Shown here: positions 1-8,878 of the stretch, in pieces
Layout of the letters: each line of letters begins with the position of its first letter
Numbering within the stretch: the first letter of the stretch is position 1
Assembly (NCBI GenBank): GCA_003265885.1
Contig: QFBQ01000001.1
Span: 4,215-68,214, forward strand
Source of the DNA: Candidatus Marinamargulisbacteria bacterium SCGC AG-343-D04
Lineage (GTDB): Bacteria; Margulisbacteria; Marinamargulisbacteria; GCA-2716485; GCA-002719695
Length of the DNA: 64,000 nucleotides
Reading direction: 5' to 3'
Translations under genes and position numbers: made by a program
Notes under the pieces: model-generated
What the model was told of the DNA's origin: nothing
Databases searched by the model: none
Seen by the model: only the letters and a program-made list of their open reading frames with translations

Positions 1-570
1 CATAAATTTGGTTTAAAAGGACTCTATACTATGGATGGATCCAAACGCTCTACAAAGTCTAATGCTTTTTTTACAGGGTTTGGTAATAACCGACGTATTG
101 TTCTATTTGATACACTTATTGAAAAACATACTACAGATGAGCTTTTGGTCATTCTAGCCCATGAAATGGGGCACTATAAAAAGCATCATATTTTCCAAAC
201 ATTACTCTTATCCATTATCTCTAGTGCCGCTATGTTTTATATCTTATCTTTTTTTCTAAATAACCCTGATATTGCTGCTGCCTTTAAAATGCAAAACATC
301 TCTATATATAGCTCCATTGTTTTCTTTGGATTTCTCTTTAAACCAGTAGAAGAAGCATTAAGCATTTTTGGAAATATCCTGTCTAGAAAAAACGAATTTG
401 AAGCCGATAAATATGCAAAAGATACGACAAATAAAGAAGAAGCACTCATTAGTGGACTAAAAAAGCTAAGTGCCGATAATTTATCCAATTTAACCCCTCA
501 TCCTTTAAAAGTATTTATTACTTACTCACATCCACCACTATTAGATAGAATTAAGGCCCTTAGGTCCTAA
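1..570 (+). CDS. M48 family zinc metallopeptidase (Ste24/HtpX-like), 5' end outside window
   Basis: The frame is open from base 1, with no stop in the 10 codons before the listed ATG. It has a HEMGH (HEXXH) zinc motif and a C-terminal region typical of Ste24-like M48 peptidases. The stop overlaps the next start (TAATG). Confidence 0.8.
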   Translation, partial: HKFGLKGLYTMDGSKRSTKSNAFFTGFGNNRRIVLFDTLIEKHTTDELLVILAHEMGHYKKHHIFQTLLLSIISSAAMFYILSFFLNNPDIAAAFKMQNISIYSSIVFFGFLFKPVEEALSIFGNILSRKNEFEADKYAKDTTNKEEALISGLKKLSADNLSNLTPHPLKVFITYSHPPLLDRIKALRS

Positions 571-1958
571 TGCAAGCAACATTTATTAGTACCTGCCTAC
601 TCATTTTTAGTTTTTCAGGCGCATTACTCGCTACATCCGTATTAGAACAAGACATTAAAAAACATCTCAGTAAACAGGAGTACATCAATGTTGAATTTGG
701 AATTTCCATTAAAACACCCGCCACTAATATGCATATTAATGATACTCAAGCATTTGTTCCTGCATCGATACAAAAACTTCTCCTATCATATTATATGATA
801 GACACCTTTGGTATAAATCATCGATTTTATACAAATTTTTACTATGACAAAGAACATAACATCTATATTAAAGGGGGAGCGGATCCTACTTTTCAGACTA
901 ATCAATTTCAAGAGATCATACGAAAACTTAAAAAGAAAAAGATTGATCAAATATCTTCGATTATATTAGACCCCTCAATCATAGAAAGAAGTCCGAATGA
1001 ATACAGAAATAAAGCTCACTATTATTATGCAAAAGCAGAAGGACTCAATTTAAACTACAATACAATATCCTGTACACTCAATCAAAAAACATCCCTACTT
1101 GAAACCATCCCTTCTACAGGCTATGCTAAACTAGATCTTCGATATAGCTCCTTAAAACTTTCCAAAAAAAAAGCGAGTCATCCTTACACATTTCTTCAAA
1201 AACGATCGGACCATGACAACTATGTCATTAAAGGAGAGATTTCCAGACACGATTTCAATAATAAAAACCTCTTATTTAGAGTAAGCCAACCCAGTATCTT
1301 TTTTGGAACTGTTTTCAAAGAAGAATGTGAAAAAAAGAACATTAAAACAATAAAAAAAATAGAGATAAGACATTTCAACAAAAAGAAAAAGAAAAAATTA
1401 ATAACAATAAAATCAAAACCACTACATCAACAATTAAAAACCTTAAATCAAGATAGTAACAACATGGTAGCCAATTGTTTCACCAAGTATGCAGGAAAAT
1501 CTGAAACAAACCCAAAAGGCAGTGTCGGAAATGGAGCAAAGTCCATTCAAGCCTTTCTTTTATCTAAACTTAATATCAATAGAAATCAATGGAGGATTAA
1601 AGATGGGGCTGGACTTTCAAAAGAGAACAAAAGCAGCAGTAACAGCATTTTAAAGGTCTTAAACAGTATTAAAGAAGACAAGCAGATCTTTAACACCGTA
1701 TTTCTTAGCATGCTTAACCCTGAACAAGACCCTCTATACAAAAAATTAGACATTCCTAAACATCTTGATATCAGAATAAAAACAGGCACCTTAACTTCAA
1801 GTGGCATACATAATATGGCAGGATATATCATAAACAAAGAAACTGACGCTATCACTGAATTTGCCATACTCACACAAAGTAACCCCAAAGAAAAAAGCTA
1901 TTACAAAGCTGAGCTCACAACACCTATCCTAGACCTTATCATCCAACATACCCTCTAA
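570..1958 (+). CDS. dacB: PBP4-family D-alanyl-D-alanine carboxypeptidase/endopeptidase (peptidase S13)
   Basis: Hydrophobic N-terminal signal. SxxK (ASIQK), SxN (DSNN) and KTG (KTGT) motifs occur in PBP4 order. It contains a Lys-rich insertion (NKKKKKKL). Confidence 0.7.
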   Translation: MQATFISTCLLIFSFSGALLATSVLEQDIKKHLSKQEYINVEFGISIKTPATNMHINDTQAFVPASIQKLLLSYYMIDTFGINHRFYTNFYYDKEHNIYIKGGADPTFQTNQFQEIIRKLKKKKIDQISSIILDPSIIERSPNEYRNKAHYYYAKAEGLNLNYNTISCTLNQKTSLLETIPSTGYAKLDLRYSSLKLSKKKASHPYTFLQKRSDHDNYVIKGEISRHDFNNKNLLFRVSQPSIFFGTVFKEECEKKNIKTIKKIEIRHFNKKKKKKLITIKSKPLHQQLKTLNQDSNNMVANCFTKYAGKSETNPKGSVGNGAKSIQAFLLSKLNINRNQWRIKDGAGLSKENKSSSNSILKVLNSIKEDKQIFNTVFLSMLNPEQDPLYKKLDIPKHLDIRIKTGTLTSSGIHNMAGYIINKETDAITEFAILTQSNPKEKSYYKAELTTPILDLIIQHTL

Positions 1959-1960
1959 AC

Positions 1961-3241
1961 ATGACTAATACACAGTCTTTATTCAAATCAAGCACTAACA
2001 ACAATCCTTTAGCCTATCAATTAGCTCCAAAAACACTAGAGGATTATGTAGGGCACGAGAGTATTCTAGGTAAAAACACCGCTTTAAGACAACTCATAGA
2101 AAACGATACTCTTATCTCTATCATTTTATGGGGCCCTCCAGGCTGTGGAAAAACAGCATTATCACGAATCATTGCTGAAAAAAGTAAGGCTCAATACCTT
2201 TCCTTAAATGCCGTTATGAGCAAGGTCTCTGATTTGAGAGAGGCTTTATCAACCGCACGATCAGCGTCAGAATATGGACAAAAAACATTATTATTCATCG
2301 ATGAGATTCACCGTTTTAATAAAGCCCAACAAGATGCATTACTTCCTGATTTAGAAAAAGGAAACATCACCTTAATAGGAGCTACAACAGAAAATCCATA
2401 TTTTTCAGTAAATTCCAGCATTGTGTCACGATCTCAAATCGTATCTTTATCCTCACTCTCAGAAGATGCCTTACACACAATACTCAAAAAAGCAGTACAT
2501 AAACTAGATACGCACACATTATTCACCGAAGAAGCCGAAGCATATATCATTAGCCAATCTCAAGGAGATGCCAGAAAACTCTTAAATACTATAGAACTCT
2601 GTCATAAAACAAAGACAAAAAATCCCTTATCGATTGACGATATTAAACAACGAACACATTCTCAAGGAGTATCCCATAGTAGTGACGCTCATTATGATCT
2701 TACATCTGCCTTAATTAAAAGCGTAAGAGGATCAGATCCTGATGCAGCCTTATACTGGCTCGCTAGACTCATAAGGGGAGGGGAGGATCCTAGATTTATT
2801 GCTCGACGTTTAATCATTTTAGCCTCAGAAGACATAGGGAATGCAGATCCTCAAGCTCTAGTTTTGGCTACATCTACATTACACGCCGTGCAATTCATAG
2901 GGTTCCCTGAAGCACAATTAACCCTATCACAACTGATCACCTATCTAGCAACCGCTCCCAAAAGCAATGCTAGCACTATTGCCATCTCTAAAGCCTTAAA
3001 TTTAGTTGATCAAGGGATTTTATACGATGTACCTAAGTCATTAAAAGACAGCCACTATAAAGGAGCTAAAGAATTAGGACATGGAGAAGGGTATCATTAC
3101 GCTCATAACGAGCCTGATGGAGTATCTCCACAACAACACCTCCCTCAAAAACATGAGTTTTATACACCTGTAAATAGAGGGTTTGAAAAAACAATTCAAA
3201 CACGATTAGACTATATCCATAAAAAAAGAAAGCCTTTATAA
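1961..3241 (+). CDS. rarA: Replication-associated recombination protein A (AAA+ ATPase MgsA/RarA)
   Basis: Walker A GPPGCGKT, Walker [11 protein letters not shown], and the C-terminal MgsA motif [15 protein letters not shown]. Confidence 0.85.
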   Translation: MTNTQSLFKSSTNNNPLAYQLAPKTLEDYVGHESILGKNTALRQLIENDTLISIILWGPPGCGKTALSRIIAEKSKAQYLSLNAVMSKVSDLREALSTARSASEYGQKTLLFIDEIHRFNKAQQDALLPDLEKGNITLIGATTENPYFSVNSSIVSRSQIVSLSSLSEDALHTILKKAVHKLDTHTLFTEEAEAYIISQSQGDARKLLNTIELCHKTKTKNPLSIDDIKQRTHSQGVSHSSDAHYDLTSALIKSVRGSDPDAALYWLARLIRGGEDPRFIARRLIILASEDIGNADPQALVLATSTLHAVQFIGFPEAQLTLSQLITYLATAPKSNASTIAISKALNLVDQGILYDVPKSLKDSHYKGAKELGHGEGYHYAHNEPDGVSPQQHLPQKHEFYTPVNRGFEKTIQTRLDYIHKKRKPL

Positions 3242-3249
3242 TATAAACT

Positions 3250-5604
3250 ATGAAGCTAATCATTACCGAAAAACCGTCTGTCGCCAGAGACATAGCCAGA
3301 GTCTTAAACCTTTCAAAACAAGGTGAAGGTTTTATTGAAGGTGATGATTATCGTATTACTTGGGCTCTAGGACATCTTATTGAACTCTGCCAACCAGACG
3401 AATATGGAGAATCATTCAAAAAATGGACTATGCAAGATTTACCAATCATCCCTGAAACCTTTAAAACTAAGGCTATTGAGCAATCCAAACAACAATACAA
3501 GGTCGTCAAAACACTCTTAAAAGACAGTTCTATTTCAGAAATTATCTGCGCAACAGATGCTGGAAGGGAAGGGGAGCTCATTTTTAGATTGCTTTATGAA
3601 GACGCGCAATGCACTCAACCCATAAAACGACTATGGATCTCATCTCAAACAGACACTGCCATCAAAGAAGGTTTTCAAAAATTAGAACCTGGAGAAAAGT
3701 ATAATCCACTCTACGATTCAGCTAAAAGTAGGTCAGAAGCCGATTGGATTGTCGGCATTAATGCTACACGCGCATATTCCATTAAATTTTCACAAGGAAG
3801 AGGGGTCATGAGTGTAGGCAGAGTTCAAACTCCCGTCTTAAAAATGATCGTCACTCGTTACAGAGAACATATTCAATTTAACTCCTCTACATTTTATGAA
3901 ATTTTAGGAGATATTCAGCATCAAAACGGCTCATTTTCTGCAAAACTACATTTGAAAGACAAAGATCGTTTTACAGACAAAAAAGAAGCCGAAAATATTA
4001 TAGAAGATCTCAAAAAAAGTAACAGTGGCATTATTCACTCATTAACAGAAAAGAAGGTAATGGAAAAACAGCCTTTGCTATATGATTTAACCGAAATTCA
4101 AAAAGATGCAAATAAACTTTTCAAATATTCAGCAGATCAAACCCTTAAAATAATGCAATCGTTATATGAAAAACATAAAGTTTTGTCTTATCCAAGAACC
4201 TCCTCTCGATATCTCAGTAAAGATTTAGAACCTAAATTACCTGGATTTTTAGACAATATTAGTGTTTTAGATAATTTTTCAAGTACTATAAAAAGAATAC
4301 AAGAAGAAAAACGTTCTATTGCATCACGAATGATCGATGATAAAAAAGTAACCGATCACCACGCCATTATCCCTACAGATAAAAAGCCTAATCTTAGTGC
4401 ATTATCAGAAGACGAAAAAAATATTTATCTCACCGTCATCAAGCGTTTCGTAGCTGCTTTTTTACCTGAATGCGAGAAACACCATACTGAAGTGATTGCC
4501 TTATTTTCAAGTTATCAGTTCAAAACTACAGGAACCGTCACTAAAAAAGCTGGGTGGCGAGAACTTTATCAGGAATCAGACGAAAAAAAGAACAAAAAAG
4601 ATAAAGAAAGCATTCTACCCGTCATGAAAGAAGAAGACCCTGTTACATTAGAGTCTATTGATCTCAAAAAAGGACAAACAAAAGCTCCTGCACTCTATAC
4701 AGAAGCCTCTATTTTAGGTGCTATGGAAACAGCAGGAAAAAGTATTGATGATGAAGAGCTACGACAAGCCATGAAAAATTGTGGACTGGGCACACCTGCT
4801 ACACGAGCACAAATTTTAGAAAAACTGATTAACGTTAAATATATCATTCGAGACAAAAACAAACTGAAACCTACAGAAAAAGGGGAATATATTATAGATT
4901 GTATCCAAGACAATGTTTTAGTTTCTCCAGAGTTAACAGGCGAATGGGAAAAATGCTTAAACGACATCGAACAAAAAAACTATACTCGTGAAGATTATAT
5001 GGATAATATCAAAACATTTACAAAAGAGATCATCGAGAAAGTATCTCAAGACAAAACCTATACCTTTCGTGCAGACCAAACCATTTATGGAGACTGTCCG
5101 AAGTGCAAAAAAGGAAAAATTATAGATTCTCCAAAAGCCTATAGTTGCTCCGAATGGAAAACAACTAACTGCAATTTTGCCATTTGGAAACTCATTGCAC
5201 AAAAAACAATCTCCGAAACACAAGCTAAAACCTTATTAAACAAAGGTAAAACAGCTGTCATCAAAGGCTTTAAAAATAAAGCAGGAAACCCATTCAATGC
5301 TGCTTTAACACTAAAAAATGGTGAAGTAAATTTTGACTTCCATAAAGAAAGTCTTGGAAAATGCACCTTATGCGATGGAAATATAGTAGAAACGCCAAAA
5401 GCATATTCGTGTGACCAATGGCGAGAAAAAAACTGTAAGTTTGTAATTTGGAAAGAAATTTCACAACGAAAAATTAAAGTTGAAGAAGCAAAAGAACTTA
5501 TTAAACATGGTCAAATAGAAATAAAAGAAGGCTTTAAAACTCGACAAGGAAAACCTTTTTCTACAAATTTACATCTCGTAGAGGGTAAGGTTGTATTTAA
5601 ATAA
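3250..5604 (+). CDS. topB: DNA topoisomerase III (type IA) with two C-terminal zinc-ribbon repeat modules
   Basis: The N-terminus MKLIITEKPSVARDIA is the Toprim start typical of topo III. The gene length fits. The tail carries duplicated CxxC...C...C modules, each followed by a KGFK..G.PF repeat. Confidence 0.85.
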   Translation: MKLIITEKPSVARDIARVLNLSKQGEGFIEGDDYRITWALGHLIELCQPDEYGESFKKWTMQDLPIIPETFKTKAIEQSKQQYKVVKTLLKDSSISEIICATDAGREGELIFRLLYEDAQCTQPIKRLWISSQTDTAIKEGFQKLEPGEKYNPLYDSAKSRSEADWIVGINATRAYSIKFSQGRGVMSVGRVQTPVLKMIVTRYREHIQFNSSTFYEILGDIQHQNGSFSAKLHLKDKDRFTDKKEAENIIEDLKKSNSGIIHSLTEKKVMEKQPLLYDLTEIQKDANKLFKYSADQTLKIMQSLYEKHKVLSYPRTSSRYLSKDLEPKLPGFLDNISVLDNFSSTIKRIQEEKRSIASRMIDDKKVTDHHAIIPTDKKPNLSALSEDEKNIYLTVIKRFVAAFLPECEKHHTEVIALFSSYQFKTTGTVTKKAGWRELYQESDEKKNKKDKESILPVMKEEDPVTLESIDLKKGQTKAPALYTEASILGAMETAGKSIDDEELRQAMKNCGLGTPATRAQILEKLINVKYIIRDKNKLKPTEKGEYIIDCIQDNVLVSPELTGEWEKCLNDIEQKNYTREDYMDNIKTFTKEIIEKVSQDKTYTFRADQTIYGDCPKCKKGKIIDSPKAYSCSEWKTTNCNFAIWKLIAQKTISETQAKTLLNKGKTAVIKGFKNKAGNPFNAALTLKNGEVNFDFHKESLGKCTLCDGNIVETPKAYSCDQWREKNCKFVIWKEISQRKIKVEEAKELIKHGQIEIKEGFKTRQGKPFSTNLHLVEGKVVFK

Positions 5605-5676
5605 GACCCGTATAAAGCTTAAATATTCAAAATTATCATTACAACAAAAAATCCTATTAATCTAGAGTATCTATCG

Positions 5677-6117
5677 CTAAAACATAGAAGATATCTCTCT
5701 TAAACGATGTTTACTTTTAACAAAAGTTCCAGATCCATAAGCTAATAATTGTTTTTGTTCATTAAAAATTTTACTTTCAGCTATGATCTGTGATTTACCA
5801 TTAGAAATAATAAGCCCTTTAGCAATTATCCTTCCTTCACTTATTGGCCTTATAAAGTGAGTAGTAAAAGAAGACGTTAACATGAAAAACTCATGTTCTA
5901 CCGATTGTGAAGCAAAATAGGCACTATCATCCAGACATTTAAAGTAAACAGATCCATGTATAGCACGGGCTGTATGAAAAAATTCTGGTTTTACATCCAT
6001 ATTGAGTTCGGCCTGTGAATCGGAAATAGCTAAAGATGGATTATAAAAAGTATTAATAGGTGCTGAATAATACATTTGAACCAAATTATTATAAAAGTCC
6101 GCATTTTTCATAGACAT
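5677..6117 (-). CDS. PaaI-type hotdog-fold thioesterase
   Basis: About 146 aa. The HGSVYFKCLDDSAYFA segment resembles the HGG....LaD catalytic region of PaaI/4HBT thioesterases. Confidence 0.5.
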   Translation of the reverse strand: MSMKNADFYNNLVQMYYSAPINTFYNPSLAISDSQAELNMDVKPEFFHTARAIHGSVYFKCLDDSAYFASQSVEHEFFMLTSSFTTHFIRPISEGRIIAKGLIISNGKSQIIAESKIFNEQKQLLAYGSGTFVKSKHRLREISSMF

Positions 6118-6129
6118 ATAAACACTTAA

Positions 6130-6426
6130 TTACGCATTATATTCATAGAATATAGGGCCTGATACGGGATCAGTTACTCCAAGCTCTTCAGATAAAACCT
6201 CTAAACCATCTCTAATTGAATCCAAGAATGTAATCATCTCAGGTCTTGCATTGATAACATGAGACTCTGATTCCCAAATACCAACAGAACAACAGGTATT
6301 CTTTCCTGTTTTAATAACAAAAGAATACAATAAACCATCAAAATTCATAGGTTGAGACAACTTTTCCACAACACTATCATAATCAGATTCTTTAATTTTA
6401 AATTTTACTACGTTTGAATATTTCAT
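6130..6426 (-). CDS. Small ABM-like (ferredoxin-fold monooxygenase-like) protein, tentative
   Basis: 98 aa. The size and alternating beta-alpha pattern with W-ESE fit the ABM domain. No firm motif was seen. Confidence 0.3.
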   Translation of the reverse strand: MKYSNVVKFKIKESDYDSVVEKLSQPMNFDGLLYSFVIKTGKNTCCSVGIWESESHVINARPEMITFLDSIRDGLEVLSEELGVTDPVSGPIFYEYNA

Positions 6427-6449
6427 TTTGACATCTCCCTATTTTTTTA

Positions 6450-6458
6450 ATTATACCA
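6450..6458 (-). promoter_or_regulatory. Extended -10 element (TGGTATAAT) upstream of CDS 6130..6426
   Basis: The reverse strand reads TGGTATAAT, then about 15 nt, then AGGGAG (SD), then the ATG at 6426. Confidence 0.3.
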
Positions 6459-6604
6459 AACTTTAATAATATTAAAATTTATTTCACTCAAATCAAAGAA
6501 GTCAAATTCAAATATAAAAAACCTTATTCCAGACAAGAAAATTTCTAATATTCAAAACTGTTAGTGTCCTTTTAAGGAATATCTCATCTATACATCAAAA
6601 ATAA

Positions 6605-6632
6605 ATGTCGCATAATATATATTATGTTAAAA
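6605..6632. other. dif-like XerC/XerD recombination site candidate
   Basis: ATGTCGCATAATATATATTATGTTAAAA matches E. coli dif GGTGCGCATAATGTATATTATGTTAAAT at 22/28 positions by hand alignment. The XerD arm matches at 10/11. The site is intergenic. Confidence 0.5.
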
Positions 6633-6643
6633 AAAACAAAAAA

Positions 6644-7588
6644 TTACTTTCTTAACAAAAGACTCAATAAAATTAAATGAGGAAACTCGATAAGCATCCC
6701 TAAGATCAAAATAAGCTGGATCACTGTTTCGGAAGGAAATAGCCCAACACTAATAGCTAACATTAATGGCGTATTCCTAGCAGAAGATGTAATAATCAAA
6801 CTAGCTTTTTCAGCTCGTGTAAAACCAAACTTTTTTGAAATAAATAAACCTAAAAAATAAGCAATTAAAAAGAAACAAGCGACTACAAGCAATGTCACAG
6901 GTAAAATCAATAAATTACTGACCAATGATTGTATATTATTATTAAAAATAGCAAATACAAGTATCGTTAAAGAAATAACCATACCTCTTTCTAAAAATAT
7001 ACTTGCCTTATCTAGAAAAACCTTCCCAATTTTACCAAAAAAAGATCGTAATAACTGTGCAATCAAAAAAGGATATAAAAGCCAAGAAAGAAGCACATCA
7101 AAAAAGGCACCCATATCTATTGAAGCATTACTATTTGTAAATAGTAATAAATAAAACGGTAAGAGCAAAATTTGAGATAATAAATTAATGGGTAACAGCG
7201 CAAGATTTATATCTACATCGCCATCAGCCAATTTAGTAAATCCAAGAAACCAATCCGTGCAAGGCGCTACTAAATAAAAAATCAACCCCACGAAAAGCAT
7301 GCTGCCAGTATCAACAAAGATTGAAGAAATCAAAAAGGCAATTGTTGGAAGCAATACAAAATTCATCATCCAAGCAATAGATAAGTATTTTTTATTTTTT
7401 ACGCCTTGTAAAAGATGGCCAATGGACACATTAAAAAACAAGCAACACAACATAAGGATAATTGAATAATCAACCAAGTTTGAATTTAATGGATATAAAA
7501 TTCCACTTAATGATCCAAAAATAATAGCTAAAATTAATATAATGGGTTCTAAATAGGCTTTCATATCAACAAACACACTCACCATCAC
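6644..7588 (-). CDS. BASS/ACR3-superfamily membrane transporter (bile acid:Na+ symporter / arsenite efflux-like)
   Basis: Polytopic membrane protein of 314 aa. Its topology and Pro/Gly-rich helices are typical of the BASS/ACR3 fold. It overlaps the upstream gene by 23 nt. Confidence 0.55.
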   Translation of the reverse strand: MMVSVFVDMKAYLEPIILILAIIFGSLSGILYPLNSNLVDYSIILMLCCLFFNVSIGHLLQGVKNKKYLSIAWMMNFVLLPTIAFLISSIFVDTGSMLFVGLIFYLVAPCTDWFLGFTKLADGDVDINLALLPINLLSQILLLPFYLLLFTNSNASIDMGAFFDVLLSWLLYPFLIAQLLRSFFGKIGKVFLDKASIFLERGMVISLTILVFAIFNNNIQSLVSNLLILPVTLLVVACFFLIAYFLGLFISKKFGFTRAEKASLIITSSARNTPLMLAISVGLFPSETVIQLILILGMLIEFPHLILLSLLLRK

Positions 7589-8684
7589 AGCAAGCTAAAT
7601 CTTTTAAATAAAAATTTGCATCTTTATAATCTTGAACAACTCTCTTAATAATAGAATTGTCAATTTTATTACGTACCGCAATTCGATTCGCAACAATCGA
7701 AAACCGCTGCCTATACTTATAAATAAAACAAAATAGTGCATTTCCGTGTTTTACTTGCGGACCAACTAAAAAAAGATTTTTAGTTTTTGTTGACTCATCA
7801 AAATTGTTAAGAATAGGATACCCTTCATGAGTCTCAAACAAAGACTCTATTAGTGAAAGACTACTCGTAAACCCAGTACAGTTAATTGGCTTATGAGATG
7901 AAATAAATTGTTTGTTTGACACAGTTTCAGCAACATATTTCCCCTTATCAAAACGCACTTCTTTTACTCCTGATTCAGGTTTATATTCAAAATTAAGGTC
8001 TTCTTCGATTAACCGGTCACGTGTAAATGGTGATAAAGAATAACTAGAATCACTATTAACTAACTCAAAACTATTGGATCTATCTAAAAGTGTAACGCTT
8101 GTCCCCTCTCGACATAAATTTATCGCAGCATCACAACCAGATTCGTAAGCTCCAATAACAATTCGTTCATCTGTTTTAATCTCTTCAAAACTACTAATAT
8201 CGGAGTAATGCATACAAAGTTCAGAACCTTTAAAGGCACGTCTATCTGGGTACTGGTATTCACCTGCTGCCCAAATAAGAAATTGGCTATGATACTCGCC
8301 CTTATTGGTCATCACAATAAATGTCCCCTTCTTTTTATGGACGGTCTCAACGGTAACACCAGTATTAATATCGAGTTTATAAAATTCAGAAACAGTCTCT
8401 AAGTACTCCTGATATTCTTCCCCTGTAGGATGTTCCGTTAATAAATTAAATGCTGGGGATGTCTCAGGCGTAATCGCATTCAAATCAGGCATTTTAAAAA
8501 AATTACCAGTAAACGAAGGCGAAATAAACTGTGTTTCTTCCGGCCATTTTTTAAACGATGCACCAATTTCTTCTTTTTCTAAAATCTGAAAATTAATGCC
8601 CATACGTTTTAAAACCACCGCTACACCAATACCGGCCGATCCTGCACCTACAACTATAACATCAATCGTTTTAACAACTTTCAT
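7566..8684 (-). CDS. FAD/NAD(P)-binding oxidoreductase (flavin monooxygenase / YpdA-like fold)
   Basis: N-terminal dinucleotide-binding motif VVGAGSAGIG and a second Rossmann-like segment IVIGAYESGCDAA. The C-terminus is a Cys-rich tail, ACCDGECVC. Confidence 0.6.
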   Translation of the reverse strand: MKVVKTIDVIVVGAGSAGIGVAVVLKRMGINFQILEKEEIGASFKKWPEETQFISPSFTGNFFKMPDLNAITPETSPAFNLLTEHPTGEEYQEYLETVSEFYKLDINTGVTVETVHKKKGTFIVMTNKGEYHSQFLIWAAGEYQYPDRRAFKGSELCMHYSDISSFEEIKTDERIVIGAYESGCDAAINLCREGTSVTLLDRSNSFELVNSDSSYSLSPFTRDRLIEEDLNFEYKPESGVKEVRFDKGKYVAETVSNKQFISSHKPINCTGFTSSLSLIESLFETHEGYPILNNFDESTKTKNLFLVGPQVKHGNALFCFIYKYRQRFSIVANRIAVRNKIDNSIIKRVVQDYKDANFYLKDLACCDGECVC

Positions 8685-8878
8685 TCTCTAGACTTTCTTA
8701 TATACGTATCTAATACTACCAATCCTACTACTATTGTACAATTCATCTCTACGTTAAAAGCCACCGCTAAAGAGATATAAAGTCATAAAACAAAAACCTC
8801 TCATTAAAAAATTTTTATAAATAAAAAAATAAAAACATTAAAAAAAGATAAATTTAAATGTAAAATAAAAAAAATAAA

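Noticed and set aside
237-488. Short ORFs (60-142 aa) nested inside longer motif-supported genes, either antisense or in a different frame of the same strand. Examples: 237..488, 1586..1888, 3066..3293, 3348..3581, 4695..4967, 4957..5223, 5139..5366, 8208..8402, 9450..9632, 10621..10803, 14192..14383, 15193..15393, 15987..16172, 17134..17442, 17940..18131, 18594..18893, 19316..19519, 22858..23067, 23209..23412, 26494..26739, 28857..29072, 29614..29802, 33218..33424, 35190..35411, 35675..35923, 40436..40720, 42784..42969, 42904..43149, 43360..43605, 43446..43652, 44908..45180, 45289..45543, 45547..45741, 45707..45910, 46088..46306, 46125..46316, 47375..47557, 48410..48613, 50194..50478, 50665..50871, 55467..55694, 57753..58133, 58610..58795, 60905..61093, 61402..61599, 61727..62002, 61832..62260, 62477..62683.
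   Set aside because: Each lies wholly or mostly inside a longer gene with clear family motifs. Their translations are low-complexity or hydrophobic with no motifs. Such shadow ORFs are expected by chance in AT-rich DNA with few stop codons on the complementary frame.
6612-6627. The 16-bp perfect palindrome CATAATATATATTATG read as a rho-independent terminator for gene 6644..7588.
   Set aside because: The stem would be A/U-rich with only one G-C pair and has no loop. On the transcribed (minus) strand the T-run precedes rather than follows it. The flanks match dif arms beyond the palindrome, so the dif reading is preferred. The terminator or operator reading is not strictly excluded.
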